Positions 8,228-18,153 of a stretch of DNA of 64,000 nucleotides are shown in pieces. The translations under genes were made by a program, and so were the position numbers. The notes under the pieces are model-generated. The model was not told the origin of the DNA. It did no database searches and worked only from the letters and a program-made list of their open reading frames with translations. Every line of letters starts with the position of its first letter. Within the stretch, counting starts at the first letter, position 1. The DNA lies in NCBI GenBank assembly GCA_946612115.1, contig CAMOEI010000006.1, forward strand, positions 11,484 through 75,483, written 5' to 3'. Source of the DNA: an uncultured Bacillales bacterium. GTDB lineage: Bacteria > Bacillota_I > Bacilli_A > RFN20 > CAG-826.

Positions 8228-8265
8228 AAAAACCTGACCAAGTGAAACATCTTGGTTTTTCCTTC
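8228..8265 (+). terminator. intrinsic terminator
   Basis: AAAAACC...CCAAG-loop-CTTGGTTTTT hairpin plus a T-run after the gene 6960-8204. Confidence 0.5.
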
Positions 8266-8542
8266 GCGAAAAAAAGCTGGTGTGATTGCAACCATCGTTA
8301 AAGAGACTAAAACAACTGAGATTGAGATAAATCTTTTCATGAAGGTCTCTATTATACTTTATAAATCCTATATAAAAATAAATAAAAAAATTTAACGAAT
8401 TAAAAATGCCTTTCTCTAAAGAGAAAATGATTTTGGAAAAAAATAAAAAAATTAGTTTTTTTAGACTATAAAAAAATTAACTATCAAAAGCAGAGAAACT
8501 AGTTTATTATTTAAATAGAAATAATATTTTGGAGGTAATCCA

Positions 8543-11248
8543 ATGAAAAAAATCTCAATATTATCTATTTCGTTTTTACTTGCCTTTGGATTAGGCGCTG
8601 GGCTTGCTAGTGCGAACGCTTCTGAAGCAAAAGAAGCAAAGGCATTAGATGCCACTAATTTTGAGTGGTTTGACAAATCAATTACTACAAACCATAACAC
8701 TTCAGGAAGATTGTTCGATGGCGATTTAAATACTGGTGTCACTTTCTCTAAGGACGTTTCTTCTCAAAAATATTGTCAGTTTAGAAAAAAATCGAAAGAA
8801 AGATTTAATATAAGCAGCATTGATATATATTTCCCGAAAACCTCAAACGTTTGGGAAAACGGTAGTGTTGCTGCAAAATACAAAGTAGACGATGCAACAT
8901 TTAACAATTATTTATCAAATTGGACAGTTAAGTCTGAAGTTACTGAGGATTACAAAATTGTCACAATTAATGTTCAAGGATTCGGCGTTTTTGCTGATTC
9001 ATTTACCTTATATTTTGATGGTGATGCTGGTGCTTCTGGAGAAATTTTAGAGATTGTTGTTCACGAAGAAGCTCGCGCGACATTGCCCACCTATCATGTA
9101 AATGCACAACAGTTTTCAAATAGTAGTGAATACAAATTAGCTAATTTTTATGATGGTGACGATGAAACTGAAGCGCAGTTTTGTACATATGCTAGTTCAA
9201 GCGAAGATGAAACTAATTTTATTGTTGATTTGCCAGAAGCAACAACTATCAGAGATGTAAAACTTGGATGGGCTACTGGTTATAGCAGAAGATGTCCAGG
9301 CAGCCCAGGAGTTGTTGTTTACTATTCTACCGATAATGGAGCAAATTATACTTCGATTGAAGAAAGTACAGAGTATTTTAGAGGCTATGAAGATGATTCT
9401 TCAACCACAAATCACAATAGACTAATTTATCAACTTCAAACCCCTTTGACTGGAGTTACAAATTTAAAACTTTGGTACAAAAACATTGAATCAGGTGGCT
9501 GGTATAAGTTCAGCGAATTTGCATATAACGTTACTTCCGAAGATGATCCAATTGTAAGTGCTACATTAAGCAGAGCAGAGACACAAATGAAAAATAACGC
9601 TGGACAGCTCTACAGCATTATTGATGACGATGATACAACACAATGTTGGTTTAATGGCAGATTAGGTCAATACGACTATATTAGTCTTAAATATCCTAAT
9701 ACCGTTAACGCAAACGGATGCTACATTAGAACAGGAAACATTAGCGATGGCGATCATTTTGCTGGCGATGTTAAAGGATATATTACTAGCTTGGGTGACT
9801 GGAGAAATTTAGCAACTTTCAAAAGCACTTCCAATTTATTGAAACTCCGTTTCACTCAAGTTTGGGATGTTGAAGAAATTAGAATATTTGCAGAATGGGG
9901 GCCAACAAACTGGACTGCCGTTAGACATTTTAAATTATTTAATGAATCAATCCCATGCACTGTAACACTTGGCGGCGGATATTCCACCGACTCAGATGCT
10001 CTTATTGATCCGGTTGATAACAGTGGAGGATACGATCCAGTTCACTTAGCAGATTTGGTGGATAATGATAGTTCGTCTGTTGTTTTCCTTGGCAATCCTA
10101 ACAAGGATGGATATGGACAATCCGGTAGATTATTTTTCCAATTTTCCTCTGCACAAACATTCACATCTTTAGCAATTGAATCAGTTCAACCAGAGAGCCC
10201 ATATTACTCATCTGGCGACTACGTTGCTGCAATTACACTTTTGTATTGGAACGGCGCGCAATATGTTTCATATGGAACTTTTGCTGCAAATAATAGTACA
10301 CATATTTTGACTGCATCATTAATGAACAATCCTACTATTATTACAACTGGCCTTTGTATGATTTTTGAATGGTCTTCTCACTGGATTAGAATTCAAGATA
10401 TTAAATTCAATGTACCTTTAGAATCTTATTTTGTTGGTAATTGGGATATCCCATATTTAAACGTTAATCAGAATCTTTCTCACATGACTGATGGCAATTA
10501 TTCTACTGGTGTTTGGTTTGATAGTGGAATCGCACAAAATGCTTATATCGTTATTGATTTGGGCGAATCTAAGAGAATTAATGATGTCGTATTATTCCAA
10601 CAAGGAAATGTAGCTGATGGAAATGGCGACGCGGCGACATCAAGATTCAGCACAGATTATCTTAAGCACTGCAAACTTCAATATTCTCCCGATGCAAGTG
10701 TATGGAATGATTTTGCTGATGGCGCAGAATTTGTTGAGGAAATAAATATTTTCTATAAGCCAGACGAACTTGTTAATGCGAGATATATTAGAGTTGTTAA
10801 TCTTATTGACAACACAAGTATTGGTGCGGTCATCCGTGAATTTAGAGTCAACACCACCGACGATTTAATCGATGCGATTATGAATTCTGTCACTTGTGAT
10901 GACACAGGTAAAACAGCACCATCTGGTTGGTCAAGCATCGAAGCACCTTATACTGCTTTAGATGAAGGCATTCAAAATGCATTAAAGAACGCTGTGACAG
11001 TGAAAAATGGCGCTAATCTTTTAGATAATGCTTTAGAGAAATATGATTATGTCATGTCTAAATATGGAAGTGGAACATACTCTAACTATTTAGATAGAGC
11101 AATTAGTCCATTACATTCTGGTTACTTCTTCAACACCATCTTTGGAAGTAAAGAAAGTAACAGTGTGATACTAGTTATTGTAATCTCAGCGGTTGCATTG
11201 TCTGGTATCGCAGTCTTCTTCTTATTAAGAAGAAAAAGAGAAAACTAA
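8543..11248 (+). CDS. surface-anchored carbohydrate-binding protein with F5/8 type C (CBM32-like) domains
   Basis: Signal peptide. Recurrent FDGD..T / W..F motifs typical of discoidin/CBM32 domains. C-terminal TM anchor with RRKREN tail. RBS GGAGG. Confidence 0.65.
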   Translation: MKKISILSISFLLAFGLGAGLASANASEAKEAKALDATNFEWFDKSITTNHNTSGRLFDGDLNTGVTFSKDVSSQKYCQFRKKSKERFNISSIDIYFPKTSNVWENGSVAAKYKVDDATFNNYLSNWTVKSEVTEDYKIVTINVQGFGVFADSFTLYFDGDAGASGEILEIVVHEEARATLPTYHVNAQQFSNSSEYKLANFYDGDDETEAQFCTYASSSEDETNFIVDLPEATTIRDVKLGWATGYSRRCPGSPGVVVYYSTDNGANYTSIEESTEYFRGYEDDSSTTNHNRLIYQLQTPLTGVTNLKLWYKNIESGGWYKFSEFAYNVTSEDDPIVSATLSRAETQMKNNAGQLYSIIDDDDTTQCWFNGRLGQYDYISLKYPNTVNANGCYIRTGNISDGDHFAGDVKGYITSLGDWRNLATFKSTSNLLKLRFTQVWDVEEIRIFAEWGPTNWTAVRHFKLFNESIPCTVTLGGGYSTDSDALIDPVDNSGGYDPVHLADLVDNDSSSVVFLGNPNKDGYGQSGRLFFQFSSAQTFTSLAIESVQPESPYYSSGDYVAAITLLYWNGAQYVSYGTFAANNSTHILTASLMNNPTIITTGLCMIFEWSSHWIRIQDIKFNVPLESYFVGNWDIPYLNVNQNLSHMTDGNYSTGVWFDSGIAQNAYIVIDLGESKRINDVVLFQQGNVADGNGDAATSRFSTDYLKHCKLQYSPDASVWNDFADGAEFVEEINIFYKPDELVNARYIRVVNLIDNTSIGAVIREFRVNTTDDLIDAIMNSVTCDDTGKTAPSGWSSIEAPYTALDEGIQNALKNAVTVKNGANLLDNALEKYDYVMSKYGSGTYSNYLDRAISPLHSGYFFNTIFGSKESNSVILVIVISAVALSGIAVFFLLRRKREN

Positions 11249-11272
11249 TATAAATATATAGAGATAGAAATT

Positions 11273-12715
11273 ATGGGTAAGAAAATTGAATTTGGTACAG
11301 GTGGTTTTAGAGGAGTCATCTCAGACAACTTTAATAAAGAAAACATTCAATTAATCGCTCAAGCTCTCGCCAACATCATTCATGAGAGAAATCAAGAAGA
11401 TCGTCCTATTATTGTAGGCTATGACAATCGTTTCATGAGTGATTTTGCTGCGAAATGGTTTTGCGAAGTCTTGAATGGAAACGGAATCAAAACATACCTA
11501 TACACTCACGTTGTTCCAACTCCAACCGTGATGTCAACAACAAGAGATATGTGTAACTATTATGGAGTGATGATTACCGCTAGTCACAACCCTTACTATT
11601 TTAATGGAATTAAAATCTTCACTAAGGGTGGCTATGATGCGGATGTTGAATTCACATCACTCTTAGAACAAAAGATCCAAGAAGTTGGAGAAGTTAAAAC
11701 TTTACTTGAAAGACCTGCGAGAAGAAAAGAACTTTTAGAGGATTATGAAAACCTTGGTAGTTATCTCTCTCACATCAAATCATTTATCGACCCAACAGTT
11801 ACTAAGAATAAATTAAGAGTTTTATACAATAACATGCACGGAGTGGGTGTTATTGGTCTGAAACCATTATCAGAAAAATTACACATTCATCAATTCACCA
11901 TTATTAATGAAGAGCATGATGCTTTCTTTGGATTTAATTTACCAAACCCAACTAAAGAAGCTTTACTCGGTGAATTCTCCGAAACAGTTGTGAACCAAGG
12001 CTATGACTTAGGTATTGCCACTGACAGTGATGGAGATAGATTAGGTGTTATTGATGAAAGAGGAAACTATGTTTCCGCCAATGAAATCCTTGCAGCGATT
12101 TATTATTACTTAATCACTGAAAGAGGATATAAAGGTGACATCGTTAAAAACTGTGCAACATCAGTCTTAGTGGACCTTGTTGCGGAAGACCTTGGCTATA
12201 AATGTCACGAGGTGGATGTCGGTTTTAAAAACATTACTCATGGTATTAATGAATTCGACGCTTTACTCGGTGGAGAAAGTAGTGGTGGTCTGACCATGAA
12301 AGGCTATATCTATGGTAAAGATGCAACATTCTCAGGAGCGTTATTCCTTGAGATGGTTATCAAACTAGATAAACCTGTTAGTAGAATCATTAGAGAACTC
12401 AAACAAAGAGTGGGCTATCATTACAATTGTAGTGAAGATAACATCGTTCTCGATGTCGACGCCAAGAAAGTTCTCGATTATATGGTTAATCATTTACCAG
12501 AACTTTCAATGAAACATGAAGATGTTCATATCTTTGGTAGAAATATCAAATTCTTGTTCAACGATAGACAGTGGTTACTCCTTAGATTAAGTGGAACCGA
12601 GCCAGCGTTTAGAATCTTCGCAGAATTTGAAGATGAAGAAGTCTGTGAAAAACTTACCAAAGAATTAAAGAAATATATCGATGAAGTTCAAACATTATTA
12701 ATCAAAGAAAAATAA
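11273..12715 (+). CDS. phosphoglucomutase/phosphomannomutase family (alpha-D-phosphohexomutase)
   Basis: Active-site TASHNP (ITASHNPYYFNG), metal-binding DSDGDR and sugar-binding GGESSGG motifs. Confidence 0.9.
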   Translation: MGKKIEFGTGGFRGVISDNFNKENIQLIAQALANIIHERNQEDRPIIVGYDNRFMSDFAAKWFCEVLNGNGIKTYLYTHVVPTPTVMSTTRDMCNYYGVMITASHNPYYFNGIKIFTKGGYDADVEFTSLLEQKIQEVGEVKTLLERPARRKELLEDYENLGSYLSHIKSFIDPTVTKNKLRVLYNNMHGVGVIGLKPLSEKLHIHQFTIINEEHDAFFGFNLPNPTKEALLGEFSETVVNQGYDLGIATDSDGDRLGVIDERGNYVSANEILAAIYYYLITERGYKGDIVKNCATSVLVDLVAEDLGYKCHEVDVGFKNITHGINEFDALLGGESSGGLTMKGYIYGKDATFSGALFLEMVIKLDKPVSRIIRELKQRVGYHYNCSEDNIVLDVDAKKVLDYMVNHLPELSMKHEDVHIFGRNIKFLFNDRQWLLLRLSGTEPAFRIFAEFEDEEVCEKLTKELKKYIDEVQTLLIKEK

Positions 12716-12716
12716 T

Positions 12717-14606
12717 ATGAAGAAACTAGTACTACCTGTTTGTTTGTTATTTGCTTTAACTGGGTGTGTGAGAAATTCACCATCAAAACCAGATGATCCA
12801 GACGTTCCTGTCGTGGATGACACTCAGATTGTCTTTAATAAGGACACCTTAAGTGCAGATGATCTAGCAAGAGGTAGTTTTCTTTATTCCTTTGAAGGAC
12901 TAGAGTACACCTTTAAATTTAGTGGTCTTAGTCTATCAAATGATACATTTACTTTAACTGGTGATTTTTATAATGAAACCAAAATATATGGAATGACTGA
13001 ACTCAAACTAGTGGACACAAATAGTGCATCATATCACATCTCGTATGGTTATGAGTTTAATGACTATGACTTTACAAGTAAGACATTACAAGGAGATCAC
13101 TCCTACGTCTTTAATAATGATGGACCTTCATTCTTTTCTTTAGAACCAACAGAGTCAATTACATTTAAATCCTTATACATCTATTTCTCTGGTGTAGAAA
13201 AAGTTAATCCATTCTCTAAACTTCCTGAAACTCCAAAAGTGGAAATGGAGTCACATCAATATCATCAAAAAGAATATGTTGATTTCCCATCTTTTGGTGA
13301 ACCAACCCCAGGACTTTCTTATCACCTAAGTGATGATGGAACTTATTACATTGTTGATAACTATTTTGGAACGATGGAGATGGGAGATAATCATTATGTG
13401 ATTTTCCCAAGTGAATATAACAATCTCCCTGTTAAAGAAATCGGTTCAAAAGGTTTTGCAGAGAAATGGTATATCTTTGGATTATATATTCCTTCCACGA
13501 TTGAAAAGATCGCTAATGAAGCTTTCTATATGTGTGGACTTGAAAAGATTTATTTCGATGCGATTAACTGTGAAGACTTTATTCCAAGAAACGCGATCTT
13601 TGGACCAGTTGATACCAATAATCATCAAAACATTGATTTGGTCATTGGACCAAACGTTAAACATATCCCAGCCTATCTCTTAATGCCTAATATGATGACT
13701 CCTAATGTTCATCCAAACGTGAAGAGTATTTCCTTTGATAAGAACTGTAAACTTGAATCCATTGGTGAGTATGCATTCTATGGCTTGAATCGAATTACTA
13801 GAGTAGATTTACCAGATACAGTCACTGACATTGGCGACTACGCTTTTTATGAAACAGGTTTAGAAGAGATTCAATTAGAAAAAGTTGAATCTATCGGCGA
13901 TGGAGCGTTTAGATTCTGTTCTAAGCTTGAATACATCTCATTACCAAATACATTAGAGTCTCTTGGCGATTACGCTTTTAACGCGGATAATAAACTTGTT
14001 CAAATAGATTTAAGTCAGACCAAGGTTACTGAGGTTGGCTTTGCCACTTTTAAAGATTGTTCATCTTTGAAACATTTCAAATTATCTAATGAAACAGTTA
14101 AAGTCGGAGAGTCTGCTTTTGAAGGATGTTCTTCTTTAGAAGAAGTAGTGCTTCCTGAAGATGTTGAAGTATTAGATGTAAGAACATTTAAAGACTGCGT
14201 AGCGGTTAATTATGTTGAACTTAATGAAAGTCTTAAGACTCTTGGTAATTCTGCTTTTGAAGGCTGTTTAGGTGTTAATGATTTAGTCATTAAATCAACT
14301 AACATCCATAACTTGGAATTAAATAATAAAGTCTTTATGAATTTTGGTAGTAATAAACTGAATGTTTATGTTGCTAAAACAGTTAACTACTTACCAAATA
14401 ATCTTTTCTATTCCACCTCAGTAGTGGATCGATTAGCAAAGATTAAAACATTGAGTTTCTTCTCACCAGTTAATATCGGAGACAATGCATTTTTTGGACA
14501 AGAAAATGTTGAAGTTAAATTTTGTGGATTTAAAACAGACGTTGTTAATTTCAACATCGGAATCAACAATGATGTTTTAAACGACATTCAAGGAAGGGAT
14601 GAATAA
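12717..14606 (+). CDS. lipoprotein with BspA-type leucine-rich repeats
   Basis: Lipobox LTGC. Repeated ~23-aa units of the form IGDYAF...L.L (BspA-like LRR). Confidence 0.7.
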   Translation: MKKLVLPVCLLFALTGCVRNSPSKPDDPDVPVVDDTQIVFNKDTLSADDLARGSFLYSFEGLEYTFKFSGLSLSNDTFTLTGDFYNETKIYGMTELKLVDTNSASYHISYGYEFNDYDFTSKTLQGDHSYVFNNDGPSFFSLEPTESITFKSLYIYFSGVEKVNPFSKLPETPKVEMESHQYHQKEYVDFPSFGEPTPGLSYHLSDDGTYYIVDNYFGTMEMGDNHYVIFPSEYNNLPVKEIGSKGFAEKWYIFGLYIPSTIEKIANEAFYMCGLEKIYFDAINCEDFIPRNAIFGPVDTNNHQNIDLVIGPNVKHIPAYLLMPNMMTPNVHPNVKSISFDKNCKLESIGEYAFYGLNRITRVDLPDTVTDIGDYAFYETGLEEIQLEKVESIGDGAFRFCSKLEYISLPNTLESLGDYAFNADNKLVQIDLSQTKVTEVGFATFKDCSSLKHFKLSNETVKVGESAFEGCSSLEEVVLPEDVEVLDVRTFKDCVAVNYVELNESLKTLGNSAFEGCLGVNDLVIKSTNIHNLELNNKVFMNFGSNKLNVYVAKTVNYLPNNLFYSTSVVDRLAKIKTLSFFSPVNIGDNAFFGQENVEVKFCGFKTDVVNFNIGINNDVLNDIQGRDE

Positions 14607-17600
14607 TGATGATTAGACTAGTATCTAAAATCTTAGTGTTCCTCGCTTTAGTGTTCGGAGGAGTTGGCAGAGCCAACACCAATTCATATCGAGGAAAGAA
14701 TATGACTGAGACTTATGAGATTTATCCTCTTCCTCAAAATATTGAGTATGAAGAAGAGACTTTAACTATTACCAAGAACGTCAATCTTATCACTATGGGT
14801 GAGATTGATGAAGCAACAGTAAATAAAGCCTATGATGTCATCTCTCTTAAACCTGTTTTAACAAAGAAGACTGATACAATTAGTGATGTGAACACTAATG
14901 TTGTTTTAGCGGTTTATGGAAGTAGCTATTCTTCCTTAATTAATGATGATGTCTCTTACATCCCAGATAAGATTGATGCTTACTACTTAGAGATTAATAA
15001 CAAGAACATCGTTGTTGTTGGTAAAGACACTGACGCAGTGTTCTATGGACTTGCAAGTTTACAGTTTATCTTCGAACAAACTAATAATGTAGTTAGAACT
15101 TTAAAAATCAAAGATTACTCTCAAAGCGCCCTCCGTGGATTCATCGAAGGATACTATGGTATCCCTTGGACGGCGGAAGAAAGAAAAGAGTTAATGCACT
15201 TTGGTAGTAGGGTAAAGACAAATATTTATATTTACGCTCCAAAAGATGATGTTTATCACAGCACTTCTTGGAGAAGCTTATATAGCAAAAACGATTACAA
15301 AGTCTTAAAAGATCAAGTTCAAGCTGGTATTGAATCTAAGACAAGACTTGCCTGGGCAATTCACCCATTTATGAATAAACCATTAAAAAGAGCGACATTT
15401 GCAGATGATTTACACATTATTAAAGAAAAATTTGAACAAGTCTACGCAGCAGGCGTAAGACAATTTGTTGTCTCTGCGGATGACGTTAATATGTTCGCGC
15501 CTGGAAAAGAAGCCGAACAAATTGAAGATGTACCACATCACGCAGTGCTTCATAGAGATTTACTCAATGAATTATCACAATGGGTTAAATCAAAAGGCGA
15601 TTGTTATCAATTAGTGTTCGTTCCAACTTGCTATAACAACACTGATGATCATTGTGCTTTGTATTATCAATACTTAATGCCTGGATTAGACGAATCCATT
15701 CAAATTATGTGGACTGGCCAAAAGGTCTGTTCATCGATGAATAATATGGCTTATCAAGCATTCCATAATTATTCACAATCAGAAAAGAAACCATTCATTT
15801 GGATGAACTGGCCTGTTAATGACTATGCGATTAATTACTTATTGCTTGGTGAAGGCGAAGTATTTAATAAGCAATATCAAGAAGATGACGATGTAGAGTT
15901 TGCTGGATTAGTTGTTAATCCTCTCCAATTAGCGGAAGCTTCTAAGATGTCAATCTGGGCTTGTGGGGATTATGCTTGGAACAGCAAGTCATTTGATATG
16001 CATAAGAGTTATCTCGATTCCTTAAAGTACATTGAGGATGAAGAAACTGAAGCATTTAGACAAGCTGCAGAGCATTTAACCAATGCCTCTCAATTTGAAG
16101 ATGGCTATTTCAAAGAAGCAGAATCCTTAAAACCATTAATTAAAAACTTCAAAGAAGCAGAAGATAAGACTCAGGCTACTGATGATTTACTTGCATATTT
16201 CGATAATCTTGTTAAAGCTTGTGAAAATTTCTTGGATAACGCAAGTAATAGAAAACTCGTTGTTAATATTGAACCTTGGGTTAAAGCGGAAAAATACACC
16301 GCCTTGGCAGCGATGTGGTATTTAAAGACCGCGAAAGAATTTACGGAGCACCCAGATCCATCGATTAGAACGTCTTATGACAAAGCGATGGGTTATAGAG
16401 AAGCAAGCTTATCTCAAGTTGCTCCTAACTTAATAGGCGCGCATTATGCGATTGAAGACCGACCAGCCTATGCTTGTAAGACCGTCTTAACTCCATTCGT
16501 GGAATATCTTGAAGACAACTTTATTGATGAAATCAGTATTTATCTTGGAGAAGACACTGGTGTAAAGACCAAAGGTATGGGAAGTGTTTATAGGGGTCAA
16601 ATCGGCAACATGTTTGATGGAAACCTCGAGACTTTCTGCTGGTTTGGTGATAGTTCACAAACTGATGACTACATCAGAATTGATTTAGTGACTTTAACAG
16701 AATTAAGAGATATCGAAGTTATCTTCGGAAACGAAGATCCAAATTCATTAGATAGAATGACTGGCGTTATCGAAGTGAGCAATAACGCGAAAGATTGGAC
16801 TACTGTTGGTAGTTTCACATCTAATTACAATGTTGTTGATTTAAGAAATGATCCAGTATCAACTAGATTTATTAGATTGAGATGTACTCAAGATGATACC
16901 CACTGGGTTTCAATTAGAGAGATTCAATGGAATAAGTTATCTAGTGATATTCCAACAATCACTTATAGTGGTTTGGGTGATATCGACACAGGTACTCCAA
17001 TCTTTATGTCAGATAATGACTTAAGTACTTATTGCTTATTTAACACTCCACCTCAAGTCGGAGGATATATCCTCTTTGATTATCATGAGGTAAAGGAAAT
17101 TAATGATTTATTAATTACTTTTGGTACAGGTGTTGAAAAAGGCTTAAATGATAGGTTTAGAGGTTTACTCCAATATTCATTAGATGGAGAAAACTGGACA
17201 ACACTTTATCAAATGGAATCTCTTACTGTTCAACTGGATTTAAGAAGTTCGCCTATCTCTTTGAGATATTTAAGAATGTTCGCTGATCACGAGACAACTG
17301 GGTGGACTGCGGTGAGAGATGTTCAATTTAATGTCTTAACTCCAGACACCCCACTTGTCACTTATAGTGGTTTTAATGGAATTGATGAAGGAACACCTTT
17401 AGATATGATTGATAACGATTTATCAACATATTGTTGGTTCAACTCCGCTCCTGCGGTTAATGGATATATTCTTGTTGATTATTTAGACACTAAAGAAACT
17501 AACGATTTAAAGATTACCTTTGGTACTGGTAAGTCAGTTGGAGAAAATGACCGCTTCAAAGGAAGATTACAATATTCTCTTAACGGAACAGATTGGACCG

Positions 17601-18142
17601 ATCTTGGAAAAATGGATGATTTAGTCTATCAATTAGACTTCAGAAGTTCCCCATTAACTCTTAGATATCTAAGAATGTTCGCTAACGAAGAGACTAGTGG
17701 TTGGGTTGCAGTAAGAGAAATAGAACTCAATGTTTTAGATGATAATACACCAATTGTTACTTATAGTAACATCGGAAACATTTATAAAGGCGCATTACTC
17801 AATATCGTTGATAACGACGATGATTCATTCTGCTTCTTTGACACTAATGTCACTGAAGGGAGTTGCATCCAAATTGATTACTTAACTTCTAATACAGTTA
17901 AAGGAATTAACATTCTCTTTGGAACAGGAGTTACCGAAGGATTAAACGACAAGTTTGTCGGAGAACTTCAATATTCATTAGATGGAGAAAACTGGACCAA
18001 GATTGCGGATATGAACGATCTTGAGATTCATATAGATTTAACGAGCGACCCATTATCTTTTAGATATTTAAGGATGTACGCTCCAAATTATCAGCCTGGT
18101 TGGGTTGCAGTGAGAACTGTAGCTCTAGTAATAGATAACTAA
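14606..18142 (+). CDS. GH84 beta-N-acetylglucosaminidase (O-GlcNAcase/NagJ-like) with four C-terminal CBM32 domains
   Basis: Signal peptide. GH84 catalytic region GFIEGYYGIPWT...KTNIYIYAPKDDVYH. Four repeats containing DNDLSTYCWFN-type F5/8 type C motifs. Confidence 0.85.
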   Translation: MMIRLVSKILVFLALVFGGVGRANTNSYRGKNMTETYEIYPLPQNIEYEEETLTITKNVNLITMGEIDEATVNKAYDVISLKPVLTKKTDTISDVNTNVVLAVYGSSYSSLINDDVSYIPDKIDAYYLEINNKNIVVVGKDTDAVFYGLASLQFIFEQTNNVVRTLKIKDYSQSALRGFIEGYYGIPWTAEERKELMHFGSRVKTNIYIYAPKDDVYHSTSWRSLYSKNDYKVLKDQVQAGIESKTRLAWAIHPFMNKPLKRATFADDLHIIKEKFEQVYAAGVRQFVVSADDVNMFAPGKEAEQIEDVPHHAVLHRDLLNELSQWVKSKGDCYQLVFVPTCYNNTDDHCALYYQYLMPGLDESIQIMWTGQKVCSSMNNMAYQAFHNYSQSEKKPFIWMNWPVNDYAINYLLLGEGEVFNKQYQEDDDVEFAGLVVNPLQLAEASKMSIWACGDYAWNSKSFDMHKSYLDSLKYIEDEETEAFRQAAEHLTNASQFEDGYFKEAESLKPLIKNFKEAEDKTQATDDLLAYFDNLVKACENFLDNASNRKLVVNIEPWVKAEKYTALAAMWYLKTAKEFTEHPDPSIRTSYDKAMGYREASLSQVAPNLIGAHYAIEDRPAYACKTVLTPFVEYLEDNFIDEISIYLGEDTGVKTKGMGSVYRGQIGNMFDGNLETFCWFGDSSQTDDYIRIDLVTLTELRDIEVIFGNEDPNSLDRMTGVIEVSNNAKDWTTVGSFTSNYNVVDLRNDPVSTRFIRLRCTQDDTHWVSIREIQWNKLSSDIPTITYSGLGDIDTGTPIFMSDNDLSTYCLFNTPPQVGGYILFDYHEVKEINDLLITFGTGVEKGLNDRFRGLLQYSLDGENWTTLYQMESLTVQLDLRSSPISLRYLRMFADHETTGWTAVRDVQFNVLTPDTPLVTYSGFNGIDEGTPLDMIDNDLSTYCWFNSAPAVNGYILVDYLDTKETNDLKITFGTGKSVGENDRFKGRLQYSLNGTDWTDLGKMDDLVYQLDFRSSPLTLRYLRMFANEETSGWVAVREIELNVLDDNTPIVTYSNIGNIYKGALLNIVDNDDDSFCFFDTNVTEGSCIQIDYLTSNTVKGINILFGTGVTEGLNDKFVGELQYSLDGENWTKIADMNDLEIHIDLTSDPLSFRYLRMYAPNYQPGWVAVRTVALVIDN

Positions 18143-18153
18143 AGGAGGCATTT